In this document: one piece after another, positions 10,394 to 19,055 of the stretch | How the letters are laid out: each line of letters starts with the position of its first letter | Position numbering within the stretch: position 1 is the first letter of the stretch | Virus record (IMG/VR): IMGVR_UViG_3300047494_000107 | Coordinates: 46,534 to 110,533 of that record | Origin: a virus | Length of the DNA stretch: 64,000 nucleotides | Direction: 5' to 3' (one strand) | Program-made: the position numbers and the translations under genes | The notes under the pieces: generated by a model | Databases searched by the model: none | What the model was told of the DNA's origin: nothing | Seen by the model: only the letters and a program-made list of their open reading frames with translations

Positions 10394-11112
10394 GGATCGG
10401 CAATCGAGAACGACGGCACATTGTTGCCCGCTATGAAGTCGGTCAACCCGGAGCCTGTGTAAAGCGTCGCGAAAATGTTCAGGTTGTTGGCGACGTTCGC
10501 CGCGGTAGCCGTCGCCGACCCGCCGAACACATTGGCCAAAGCGTCAAGAACGCCGGTTATGGGGGCGCTGACTTTCTTGATCGCCACCAGCCGAAACCGG
10601 TAGTTGACGTAGAGCGGCCGGTCTTTTGACTGGTATAGCCCTTGCGGTCCTTCTGGCGCCACCTGCCAGTAGTCGTTCCGAAAATAATCGTAGAACTCCA
10701 GCGTATAGAGCGGCGCTTGCTGGGCGATCTGCGTCTGGTTAAGTCTGGCGAATTTCGCAAAGAGCAGTTCGACGGCCTGGACAGACGCGAGACCAGTGAA
10801 CAAATAGCCGTCCGTCTGGTGGCGTTTGTTGCCGGTCGACCCTTCTATCGTGAAGACGGGCGGCGCTTGGCCGAACATGTCAACTTCGCGGTCCACGCCG
10901 CCTTGGAATGGTTGTCCCTGCGTATCGTAGACAGCCGTCATGGCCGTCCACTCTTTGCGGAGACTTTCAGGCGACATGGGAAACGTGTAGGTCAGGTATT
11001 CAGAACGCAGTTCGCCGGGTCCGCGAATCGACAGTGCGTAAATCGCCGCTTGGTAGTTTGGGTTGTCGATCGTCCTGAACGACATCCCTGTCGTGGAGAT
11101 GAACTCGCTCAT
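10390..11112 (-). CDS. Tail tube initiator-like baseplate protein
   Basis: YTFPMSPESL...TQG...DMFGQAPPVFTIEGSTG pattern and position in the baseplate block. Confidence 0.55.
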   Translation of the reverse strand: MSEFISTTGMSFRTIDNPNYQAAIYALSIRGPGELRSEYLTYTFPMSPESLRKEWTAMTAVYDTQGQPFQGGVDREVDMFGQAPPVFTIEGSTGNKRHQTDGYLFTGLASVQAVELLFAKFARLNQTQIAQQAPLYTLEFYDYFRNDYWQVAPEGPQGLYQSKDRPLYVNYRFRLVAIKKVSAPITGVLDALANVFGGSATATAANVANNLNIFATLYTGSGLTDFIAGNNVPSFSIADP

Positions 11113-12836
11113 GACAGCTTAATCAGCGCGCCAGTCATGCTGGTCGAGACGTATGTGACAGCACCACTGACCAGGATGCCGCTAGTACCGAGAGGCACGT
11201 TTTGAGGCTGACCAGACTGTTGGGCCACAACACCCGAACTGACTATGCCGCTCGGCGCGACAGTGTAGAGATTGTTGTTAGTCGTCGTGACGTAGGCACT
11301 GCCTGATCCCGTATCAGCGATGGCGGTCGGCACATTGTCAGGGCCCAGAGGGACACTCGTCCATCCCGACGTCGAAAAATTGTAGAACGAGACTTCGCCG
11401 CCCCTAACAGGCACGACAGTATAGGGGGCACCAAAGTTGTAGAGCGCCGTGTCAGACGAGCCGTAACAAAATAGAGTTTCATTCACGAGCAACAAGCCGT
11501 GGCCACTACCGACGGCGGTCGTAACCGAAGACTGCTGTGACCAAGTGCTGCTCGCGGATGGGTTACCTATGACGTGCAATTGAGCCGACGTCGGATACTC
11601 TAGCAAAGATACTTGACTATTGAACGCCGCCATAGCTGTACATGCGCCGTCCAGAGTCCCGTATTTCACCTGCGCGCCGTTGATTGCCGCGAAATGCCCT
11701 GTCGCAGCGGCGTAAACCGTGCCCGTGTTGTCAAGCGCGAGCTGCGTCGGCGTGAATGAAAGCGCCGCCGTTGATGTCACCGACCAAGTATTGACGACCA
11801 GCGATAGTTTCGCCACGCCGCTCGTCGTCGTCGCGACAGCGGTGGATGGCGTCGTCAGCAATACAGCAGACGAGTTCGCCAGTACGATGTCGTTGGAGGG
11901 ATTGGTCGCCCACGTGCCTCCCGTCTGAAGAAGAGGAACGATCGTGCCGCCTGTGCAGACTAACGCGTGCGTGTTGTCCGCTACTGCGAGCATACCGGCG
12001 GCGCCCAATGACGCCGTCTGCGCCACCGACAGCGCACCTGCCGAGTAGCCGAGGACTTTAATGAGGTTGTTGGCCGTATCGGAGATCAAAATCTGCGTGC
12101 CGTTCGGCGTCCACGCGCAGCTCACCGGGCTTGACGACAGACCTGTCAACGTCGTCACAGGCGTCCATAGGTTCGTCCCAGTCGATGCCGCCGAGTAGAC
12201 GGTCGCGGAACCCGCCGTCACCGCCACGATCTGGATAGCCGCGGCATCGGCTGCCATCGTCGCGTAACCTGACCCAAGACTGTACGGCGCGTAGCCTGCA
12301 GCAGCCATGAAGCCTGATACTGACGCAGCACATGTCACATTCGCCACGCCAGACGGGAGCGCCACATAAGAAGGTGTGCCACTAGGCGGTACCGACAGCC
12401 CCATGCCCGAAGCGCCGAACGCTGCGATATAGCCGCTGACCGCATAAGCCGCGCAGGCTGTCGGCGCCACGAACGTCGTCTCAAGCGTGCCCGACGCGTT
12501 TACGAGTTGACCGCCGTATTGCAGAGCGTAGACCGCGCCCGAGGCGTAAATCGCGTCGCTATAGACGCCACTGGGCAGCGTCACCTCGCCGTTTGGTCCG
12601 TAGAGAAGTCCTGCGGTGTTCAGCGCGTACAGGTTGCCGCTGCCATCGTTGACCATGGCCGCGATTGAGCCGCCGTCCGTGGTGCTGAACGCAACGGGCG
12701 ACCCGCCTGCCGTCGGCGTAAACTCCCATGCAACAGGGTTGTAATCGTCGCCGACCACGATGTTGGCGCCCGACGTCGCCAGTGACTGGCCGCGCGCCGC
12801 CTGTCCTGATACGGGCCAAAGATACGTCGTGGTCAT
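11109..12836 (-). CDS. Beta-propeller-like virion or tail-associated protein
   Basis: 575 aa, Ser/Thr/Gly-rich beta repeats (AWTPNGTQILISD, LALDNTGTVY); first gene of the baseplate operon. Confidence 0.55.
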   Translation of the reverse strand: MTTTYLWPVSGQAARGQSLATSGANIVVGDDYNPVAWEFTPTAGGSPVAFSTTDGGSIAAMVNDGSGNLYALNTAGLLYGPNGEVTLPSGVYSDAIYASGAVYALQYGGQLVNASGTLETTFVAPTACAAYAVSGYIAAFGASGMGLSVPPSGTPSYVALPSGVANVTCAASVSGFMAAAGYAPYSLGSGYATMAADAAAIQIVAVTAGSATVYSAASTGTNLWTPVTTLTGLSSSPVSCAWTPNGTQILISDTANNLIKVLGYSAGALSVAQTASLGAAGMLAVADNTHALVCTGGTIVPLLQTGGTWATNPSNDIVLANSSAVLLTTPSTAVATTTSGVAKLSLVVNTWSVTSTAALSFTPTQLALDNTGTVYAAATGHFAAINGAQVKYGTLDGACTAMAAFNSQVSLLEYPTSAQLHVIGNPSASSTWSQQSSVTTAVGSGHGLLLVNETLFCYGSSDTALYNFGAPYTVVPVRGGEVSFYNFSTSGWTSVPLGPDNVPTAIADTGSGSAYVTTTNNNLYTVAPSGIVSSGVVAQQSGQPQNVPLGTSGILVSGAVTYVSTSMTGALIKLS

Positions 12837-13068
12837 ATTGACGCTTGTAGCACGCGTCTTGAGACAGGCGGAGGGCTAGAACCCTGCCGCTCGCCGGCTG
12901 TCCGGTAGTAGACGTAAAGGTAGTATTTTGAGTACGGCGCCGAGCCTGGAGGCCAACCAGACCCGGCGCCTGACCCATCGCTCACAGGAGCTTCGCCATG
13001 GGCTACCGAGACTCTACACCGCTTCATCTAGGCCGGCCTGGAACAAAAACGTCAACAGGATCGGTTTC

Positions 13069-13296
13069 GTGAGCGAGCACAACGACATCGTAGCTGACTG
13101 GTCCGGCTGGATTGTCGGCCACATCTTGGTGGTTATGAGTCTGTTCTCCACCGCGCTGGTCGGGATCATACGGTTCGCATTCGGCGCTTCGAAGCTACTC
13201 ACCGAAGTCAAAGGGCTGAGCGACCGGATCGACCGCCAAGGCGACCAACTCAACCTCATCATCGACAAGCTGAAGTTGCCGATCGCGGACAGGTAG
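13069..13296 (+). CDS. Small membrane protein, holin-like
   Basis: GTG start after AGGA; one hydrophobic helix then a coiled-coil tail; upstream of endolysin. Confidence 0.55.
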   Translation: MSEHNDIVADWSGWIVGHILVVMSLFSTALVGIIRFAFGASKLLTEVKGLSDRIDRQGDQLNLIIDKLKLPIADR

Positions 13297-13312
13297 CTTT
13301 ATATTCTCCGCT

Positions 13313-13356
13313 CTTGATACATCTTGCGATTCTTGAGACATTCGTGGTATGATACA
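13313..13356 (+). promoter_or_regulatory. Sigma70-type promoter of the lysis cassette overlapped by three CTTGATACA-type boxes
   Basis: TTGCGA-18-TATGAT with extended TG; boxes at 13313, 13332 (CTTGAGACA) and 13348 (TATGATACA). Confidence 0.6.
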
Positions 13357-13379
13357 CGTCGACACGGCGAGATGGTGCG

Positions 13380-13946
13380 ATGGCCTCGGTTGACCGTTTC
13401 ATGGCGTTGATGCGCGAGGTCGAAAGCGACACACTCGACCTGGACCCGAATGACAGCGGCAACTACCCGAGCGGACAAGTCGGCGTGGGGCCACTCGTCG
13501 GCAGCAAATGTGGCATCAGCGCCGCGTCCTACCCGACCCTGGATATAGCCAATCTGTCCGATGACGCCATTCAGGCTATCTACCAGCGCGACTACCTTGA
13601 CCCGATACAGTTCTCGGCGCTGCCCGACGCGACCGGTATTATGGTAGCGGATGAAGCCGTCAACCAAGGCGTGGCCGCGGCGAAGATCACACTGCAGCAG
13701 GCGGTCGGTGTGACAGCTGATGGCTGGATCGGGCCGCAAACTTTGGCGGCGGCGGCGGCAGCGGATGATGCGTCTCTCGCGGCTGAGATCTGGGCTCGTC
13801 GCGCGTTGAAATACGCGACCACGAACCGCTTCAGCCTTTACGGATTGGGCTGGATGCGCCGCATCGTCAAGGCGTTCACATCGGCGGTCCCTGCGGCATT
13901 GCCGTTGAGTGTCAAGTTCTCTGGCAAAACACCGAAGTCCGGCTGA
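13380..13946 (+). CDS. Endolysin, glycoside hydrolase family 108
   Basis: DPNDSGN...SKCGISAASYP..DIANLS...AIQAIYQRDY, D.AVNQG, LQQAVGVTADGWIGPQTL, YGLGWMRR. Confidence 0.92.
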   Translation: MASVDRFMALMREVESDTLDLDPNDSGNYPSGQVGVGPLVGSKCGISAASYPTLDIANLSDDAIQAIYQRDYLDPIQFSALPDATGIMVADEAVNQGVAAAKITLQQAVGVTADGWIGPQTLAAAAAADDASLAAEIWARRALKYATTNRFSLYGLGWMRRIVKAFTSAVPAALPLSVKFSGKTPKSG

Positions 13947-14986
13947 TGCGTGCCGACCTTCTTCATGTCGTGACGGCTATCTCCAATCCGGTTCGCTGGA
14001 AGAGCCGCTTGTCGCTCTACAAAGACTTTGAGCAGCACATGCTCGAAAGTGGCGTCAAACTCTATACCGTCGAGTGGGCTTTGGGTGATCGGCCGTTCGA
14101 AGTGACATGCGCCGACAACCCAATGCACCTGCAGATCCACGGCAATGACCTGCAAGAGATCTGGATTAGGGACGCTCTGATCAACGCGGGTGTCCGCACG
14201 CTGCTGCCGAAAGAAGCGAAATATATCGCCTGGATCGACGCCGACATCAAGTTCTTGCGGAGGGACTGGGCGGCTGAGACCGTCCATATGCTCCAGCACT
14301 ACGCCGTTGGTCAGGTGTGGACGAACAGCATCGACGTGGCGCCCAACGGCGACATCGCACCGAACGAGTGGAACAACTCGGCGGATCGCTCCTTTTGCGC
14401 AGCGTGGCAAGCCGGTGACCTGGACGACCCGTGTGAAATCGGCAAACAGATCGCAGCCGGTTCAAGTTCACCGCCTCCAAGCGCGTTGGCGGCCCGACCA
14501 AAGTCGAGCGTGTTCAAGCGCCCGGACGGCAAAGAGAAAGACTGGAGAGCACACACCGGCTACGGCTGGGCGATCCGCAAGGACGTGTTCTCCGAGATGG
14601 GCGGCCTTCTTGACTGGATGGTGACGGGTAGCTGCGATTGGCACATGGCGCGTGCATTCGTCGGGCTGCCGGAGCCGAACGACCAGCGGATGACACCGGC
14701 CTACAACAGGCGTTTACAGGAGTTCTGGCTGCGGGCTGACCGCGCTGTGAAGCAGAACGTCGGCGTGGTGCCGGGGACCGTCGTGCATGGCTGGCACGGG
14801 CGTAAGAAGGATCGCCAGTATTTCACGCGGTTCGACGTGCTGATCGACAGCAAATTCGACCCTGACCTCGACCTTTCGTACGACTGGCAAGGCATCCCTC
14901 AGATCACAGGCGACAACCGTCAGCTCCGCGACGGGCTGCGCAAGCTAGCGCGCAACAAGAATGAAGACTCCGTCGATATCGCCTAA
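13946..14986 (+). CDS. Putative GT-A fold glycosyltransferase
   Basis: YIAWIDADIKF DxD motif; HTGYGWAIRK...GSCDWHMA; HGWHG; TGATG coupling to endolysin. Confidence 0.65.
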   Translation: MRADLLHVVTAISNPVRWKSRLSLYKDFEQHMLESGVKLYTVEWALGDRPFEVTCADNPMHLQIHGNDLQEIWIRDALINAGVRTLLPKEAKYIAWIDADIKFLRRDWAAETVHMLQHYAVGQVWTNSIDVAPNGDIAPNEWNNSADRSFCAAWQAGDLDDPCEIGKQIAAGSSSPPPSALAARPKSSVFKRPDGKEKDWRAHTGYGWAIRKDVFSEMGGLLDWMVTGSCDWHMARAFVGLPEPNDQRMTPAYNRRLQEFWLRADRAVKQNVGVVPGTVVHGWHGRKKDRQYFTRFDVLIDSKFDPDLDLSYDWQGIPQITGDNRQLRDGLRKLARNKNEDSVDIA

Positions 14987-15005
14987 CACCACAGGACCCA
15001 ACACC

Positions 15006-15539
15006 GTGAACAAGACTGCTCTTTTCGCCGCTACCATCCTCGCCGCGTCGACGCCGCTGTTCGCACACGCTGCGGATATCGTCGTCAGTGCGGCGCCGAT
15101 CACGGACTACCTGCAGCCGGCTGTCGACGCCATGAAAGCGGGGCTGGTTGCGGCGCTCAGCGCGTGGCTCATCAAGCATGTGCGCAATCAGCTGCTTCGC
15201 GCGGCGCTGCAGAAAGCGATCGTGTCGGCCGGGGCAGGCGTCTACAGCGCCTTGGTGATCGGCGGCAAGACACTACTTGATGGCGGCTTGGTCGAAGGCG
15301 CCGTGGCGTCGAAGACGAACGCGCTCATCGCCGCTTTTCCCGACACGATGAAGACGCTCGGCGTGACACCGGCCGACCTGCACAACGCTGTCGCCAATGC
15401 GTTCGGGCTGCACCTCGCCGCCGACCCAACCGTGACACTGCCGAAAGTGGTAGCGACGAAACCCGCAACCGCTAACGCGGACACGACGAACACTACCCCC
15501 GCTACGACCGTCTCAGGCGGCACCGTAGCCGTTTCGTAA
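15006..15539 (+). CDS. Membrane protein with signal peptide (holin or spanin candidate)
   Basis: GTG start after CAGGA; signal peptide ending AHA; second hydrophobic segment. Confidence 0.55.
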   Translation: MNKTALFAATILAASTPLFAHAADIVVSAAPITDYLQPAVDAMKAGLVAALSAWLIKHVRNQLLRAALQKAIVSAGAGVYSALVIGGKTLLDGGLVEGAVASKTNALIAAFPDTMKTLGVTPADLHNAVANAFGLHLAADPTVTLPKVVATKPATANADTTNTTPATTVSGGTVAVS

Positions 15540-15559
15540 CCACAGAAGGACCAATAAAC

Positions 15560-16081
15560 ATGCGCGTTCTCATCGGCGGTGGCACTGCTGGCCGCCGCGC
15601 ATTCCTATCCGGCACCGCTCTCGTGAGCGTCGCCGCCCTGGCCGCCTGCGCCGGCACCGCGGTGACCACACCCACTCCGACAACCCCGTCCGTCATCGCG
15701 ACCAATGTGGCGCTAATCTCGACCGGCCTCTCTGTGCTGTCGACCGAAATCGCGGCTGCGGGTGTCGCCGTGCCGGCCGCTGTCACCAAGGACCTGGCGA
15801 CGCTCCAGGCACTTGCGAAGGCCGCCGCGGCTGCCACAGTCAGCGACTCGGTCACGACAGTCCAGTCGGTCATCACGACCGTGCAGGACATCGCCTCCAT
15901 CGTTCCTGCGCTCGTCCCAGGCTCGGCGACGATCATCGCACTGGTTCAAGCGGCGCTATCTCTGCTGCCCGTCCTGAAAGCGGCTCTCCCGGCCAGCGTC
16001 AAGCTGAGCGCGCTGGCGCCGCCGAAGTACACACCGGACCAAGCACGTCTCATCCTCTCTGGCGCCGTACTGGCGCGCTGA
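15560..16081 (+). CDS. Lipoprotein with twin-arginine-like signal
   Basis: GRRAFLSGTALVSVAALAAC: RRxFL motif plus LAAC lipobox. Confidence 0.7.
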   Translation: MRVLIGGGTAGRRAFLSGTALVSVAALAACAGTAVTTPTPTTPSVIATNVALISTGLSVLSTEIAAAGVAVPAAVTKDLATLQALAKAAAAATVSDSVTTVQSVITTVQDIASIVPALVPGSATIIALVQAALSLLPVLKAALPASVKLSALAPPKYTPDQARLILSGAVLAR

Positions 16082-16083
16082 CC

Positions 16084-16836
16084 ATGAGGTTCGGCCGTCT
16101 GCAGCACGATCCCGACACGCTCGCAAGGGCGCCGTCGCTTCGGTTGTCGGCGGTCGAACCACCAGCCGTGCTTGACCGGTCATCGGTCAACGTCAATCTC
16201 GGCCTCTACCAGAACGACGTCTATCCGGATTGCACCGCGGCAGGCGCGTTCAACTATGTCTGCTGCATCGCCGCGTTGAACGGCTACGGACTCCCGATCG
16301 ACAACACAAAGGCCCCGACGTTCTACGCCGCTTGTATCGGTTGCGCGGACACGCCCGAAGCGATCGCCGCTACCGACGGTGCTTTGATGACCGACGTCAT
16401 CGCGAGGCTCGGGAGCCATGGCCTGGATATCGGATCGCAGACCCTTGTCGGGTTCGGAGGCACAATCCCTCTACGACGTATACAGCTTGCTTTGTCGCTC
16501 GCTCAGGTCGGCGCCGGTTATTGGGGCATTGACGTTTATCAGAACGACATGGACAATGTCGGCAAGGTCTGGACAACGGACTACAGCCCTGGTCCTGTCG
16601 AAGGCGGCCATTGCGTCGTCGGGTTCGACTACGCTGGACTGGGCAACAACGACGTCGTTCGCATCGCTACGTGGGGCGCTTGGCAGATGGCAACTTGGGC
16701 GTGGGTAGACGCACGCCTTCAAGAAGCGCACGGCCTGGCGTTCCGAGATTTGACACCGGCAAGTGGAAAATACTGGTCAGGTGTGACGTACGACACACTT
16801 CTTGCCGAGGCGGGTGTGTCGCCGGTCACGGTCTGA
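16084..16836 (+). CDS. Papain-like cysteine peptidase
   Basis: NDVYPDCTAAG (catalytic Cys), GGHCVV (catalytic His), IATWG. Confidence 0.7.
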   Translation: MRFGRLQHDPDTLARAPSLRLSAVEPPAVLDRSSVNVNLGLYQNDVYPDCTAAGAFNYVCCIAALNGYGLPIDNTKAPTFYAACIGCADTPEAIAATDGALMTDVIARLGSHGLDIGSQTLVGFGGTIPLRRIQLALSLAQVGAGYWGIDVYQNDMDNVGKVWTTDYSPGPVEGGHCVVGFDYAGLGNNDVVRIATWGAWQMATWAWVDARLQEAHGLAFRDLTPASGKYWSGVTYDTLLAEAGVSPVTV

Positions 16837-16841
16837 CGTCG

Positions 16842-17972
16842 ATGAGCGCCGTAGACGAAGCGGACATCAAGCGTTTCGCGGAAATATACCGCGCCGCAGT
16901 AGAATCTGGCGCTCAACCAAAAGGCGCGACATTCGGTGTAGGGCGGCGATCGGCGCTTTGGGACGCCTGCGAGAAGGGCGGCTGGAGCCGCAACGAGGGA
17001 AATTACCGGCTAGACAGAGCGCTCCGCGCTGGGCTGTTGGATGGGTTGCGCGTTGAAGTCTCATCCATAGAAGCCTTCACGGTTCAAGAACTGCCATCAG
17101 CGGAAGGCCCGATCGAAGACCTCATCGACCGGATGGCCGTTCAGTTTCAGCGCCAAAAGGTTGCCCGCGAAGCACGGACGCTCATTCAGGTGCAGGTGAA
17201 CATCGAGGGCGCCTACGGTATCTGTCATATGGGCGACCCGCATCTTGACGATAACGGATGCGACTGGACCACACTTCGCCGCCACATAGAGGTCATCAAG
17301 CGTACCGAGGGCTTGTTCGGCGCGAATGTGGGAGACTATCAGAACGGCTGGATCGGCCGTCTAGCGCGTCTATGGGCGAACCAGTCGACGAGTTCTCGTG
17401 ACGCGCAGCGCTTGGTTGAGTGGTTCGTCAATGAGGTTCGGTGGCTGTACCTTGTGGGCGGCAATCATGACGCCTATTGCGGTGTCAACGATCCGGTCAA
17501 ATGGTTCGCCGGCCAAGTCGGCGCGCTATACGAGCCTCATGGCTTGCGGCTGAATCTGGCGCAGTCAGACGGGTCGTCTGTCCGTGTTCATGCTCGCCAC
17601 AACTTCTCGGGCACGAGCATGTGGAACCCGACCCACGGCGCGGCGAAGAAGGCTAGGTTCGCGTGGGAGCGCGACCATATCTACACCTGCGGGCACCTGC
17701 ACCACGCTGGGCACCAGGAAGTGCTATTCGACGATGGACCTGATCAATTCATCGCGCACGCTATCCGGCTTGGGTCGTACAAGGTCTACGATGACCACGC
17801 CGACGCGAACGGGTTTGACGGCGTCAATATCCCAGCCGCGGTGACGGTGGTCAATCCGACCGCGAAGACTCAGGCAGGGCGCGTGTCATTCTTCTGGGAA
17901 CCGGAAGCTGCCGCAGACTACCTGACGTTCTTGCGGCGCCCGAAGTTCCGCGTAAAAGCCGCGACAAGCTAG
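16842..17972 (+). CDS. Calcineurin-like metallophosphoesterase
   Basis: GDPH, GDYQN, GNHD, HARH and GHLH motifs. Confidence 0.85.
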   Translation: MSAVDEADIKRFAEIYRAAVESGAQPKGATFGVGRRSALWDACEKGGWSRNEGNYRLDRALRAGLLDGLRVEVSSIEAFTVQELPSAEGPIEDLIDRMAVQFQRQKVAREARTLIQVQVNIEGAYGICHMGDPHLDDNGCDWTTLRRHIEVIKRTEGLFGANVGDYQNGWIGRLARLWANQSTSSRDAQRLVEWFVNEVRWLYLVGGNHDAYCGVNDPVKWFAGQVGALYEPHGLRLNLAQSDGSSVRVHARHNFSGTSMWNPTHGAAKKARFAWERDHIYTCGHLHHAGHQEVLFDDGPDQFIAHAIRLGSYKVYDDHADANGFDGVNIPAAVTVVNPTAKTQAGRVSFFWEPEAAADYLTFLRRPKFRVKAATS

Positions 17973-17974
17973 CC

Positions 17975-18217
17975 GTGACGCCTCGTCGACCTGCCGACAA
18001 GGCGAGCGACCTCACGCAGATACAAGAAATGGTAGTCGCGTTCGTGGCGCAGGCGATCGTCGCTCCTGCCGGCGAAGACAGCCCAGTGGCGTTCATGGTG
18101 TCGTACGAAACTCAGAGCGGCGAACTCGTGACACGCTGCTTCCCTGACCTGACGACAGTTGAGCAGGGGTTCATTCGCATCCTGTCAGCGAAACCGATCT
18201 ACGACTTATCTGACTAA
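17975..18217 (+). CDS. Hypothetical protein
   Basis: 80 aa, last gene of the plus-strand operon. Confidence 0.5.
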   Translation: MTPRRPADKASDLTQIQEMVVAFVAQAIVAPAGEDSPVAFMVSYETQSGELVTRCFPDLTTVEQGFIRILSAKPIYDLSD

Positions 18218-18344
18218 CCTGCGCACCCTGTTTTGATATTTCGCCGTAGCTTTTCCCACTTGCGTTCGATGTCAGCCCGCCGCACTGCTCGTGAAACTAA
18301 AACAGCGGTTACGGCAGCGCCGAGCAGCCCTAGATACACGCAAA

Positions 18345-18656
18345 TCATAGGCAGTTCTCAACCTCCATGGCTTCAACTACGCGCTGAGCTATCAGGCGCG
18401 GAGAAATGTGCTCCTCGTAGAAGGCGGTCCCGGCTGGACACTTACGGCGTTCGTCATCCCGGTATTGGCGGACGATCTCTTCTCGGACCACCCGAGCTAC
18501 GCGCTTCACGACAGCGCCCGGCGATAAGCAGCTTGTTGAGGCTGTCGGCGGCGTCGCAAACCGCTTTGGCGCAGGCGGCCTATCCGTCACCTGGAAGGTG
18601 TCATTTCTGCCGCCTTTCCTGCGATTGCCCTCAGCTAAAGGTTTGACCGTGCTCAT
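18345..18656 (-). CDS. Hypothetical protein starting MSTVKPL
   Basis: ATGA overlap with upstream gene; GGAG RBS. Confidence 0.55.
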   Translation of the reverse strand: MSTVKPLAEGNRRKGGRNDTFQVTDRPPAPKRFATPPTASTSCLSPGAVVKRVARVVREEIVRQYRDDERRKCPAGTAFYEEHISPRLIAQRVVEAMEVENCL

Positions 18657-19015
18657 ATCGCAACTCCGTCGTGATACCAAGCGCTATAACTGAGCGGCGC
18701 ACCGCTTACCGGAAAGCCAATCAGCTTAGCGACAGACGCATAGCCTTTGCACACGCGCGATTCGTCGTAGTGGCAACCCCAGGGTCGCCCTGCGGCTCTT
18801 GCCATATCCAGTATTTGGATATTGGTGGGTAGACATCCGTAATTTTGGGCTTGCTCTGCCCACTCATTGACGCTGAACGGGCATGTCAAACATCCGTCGC
18901 ATCCGGCAGATAGCGCTTTTGAGACGGTTGCCGAATCAAGGGGCGTTAATTCAGACCGACCGTCGACTACCGCCAGTTCACGCAGCGCATCAGATAAAGG
19001 TTTGACCGTGCTCAT
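18653..19015 (-). CDS. Cys-rich hypothetical protein starting MSTVKPL
   Basis: CDGCLTCPF...NYGCLP...WGCH...VCKG; lower GC than neighbours. Confidence 0.6.
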   Translation of the reverse strand: MSTVKPLSDALRELAVVDGRSELTPLDSATVSKALSAGCDGCLTCPFSVNEWAEQAQNYGCLPTNIQILDMARAAGRPWGCHYDESRVCKGYASVAKLIGFPVSGAPLSYSAWYHDGVAI

Positions 19016-19055
19016 GTTTCGTCCTTTGGCGCGACCATATGTCGCCTTCCGTAAA

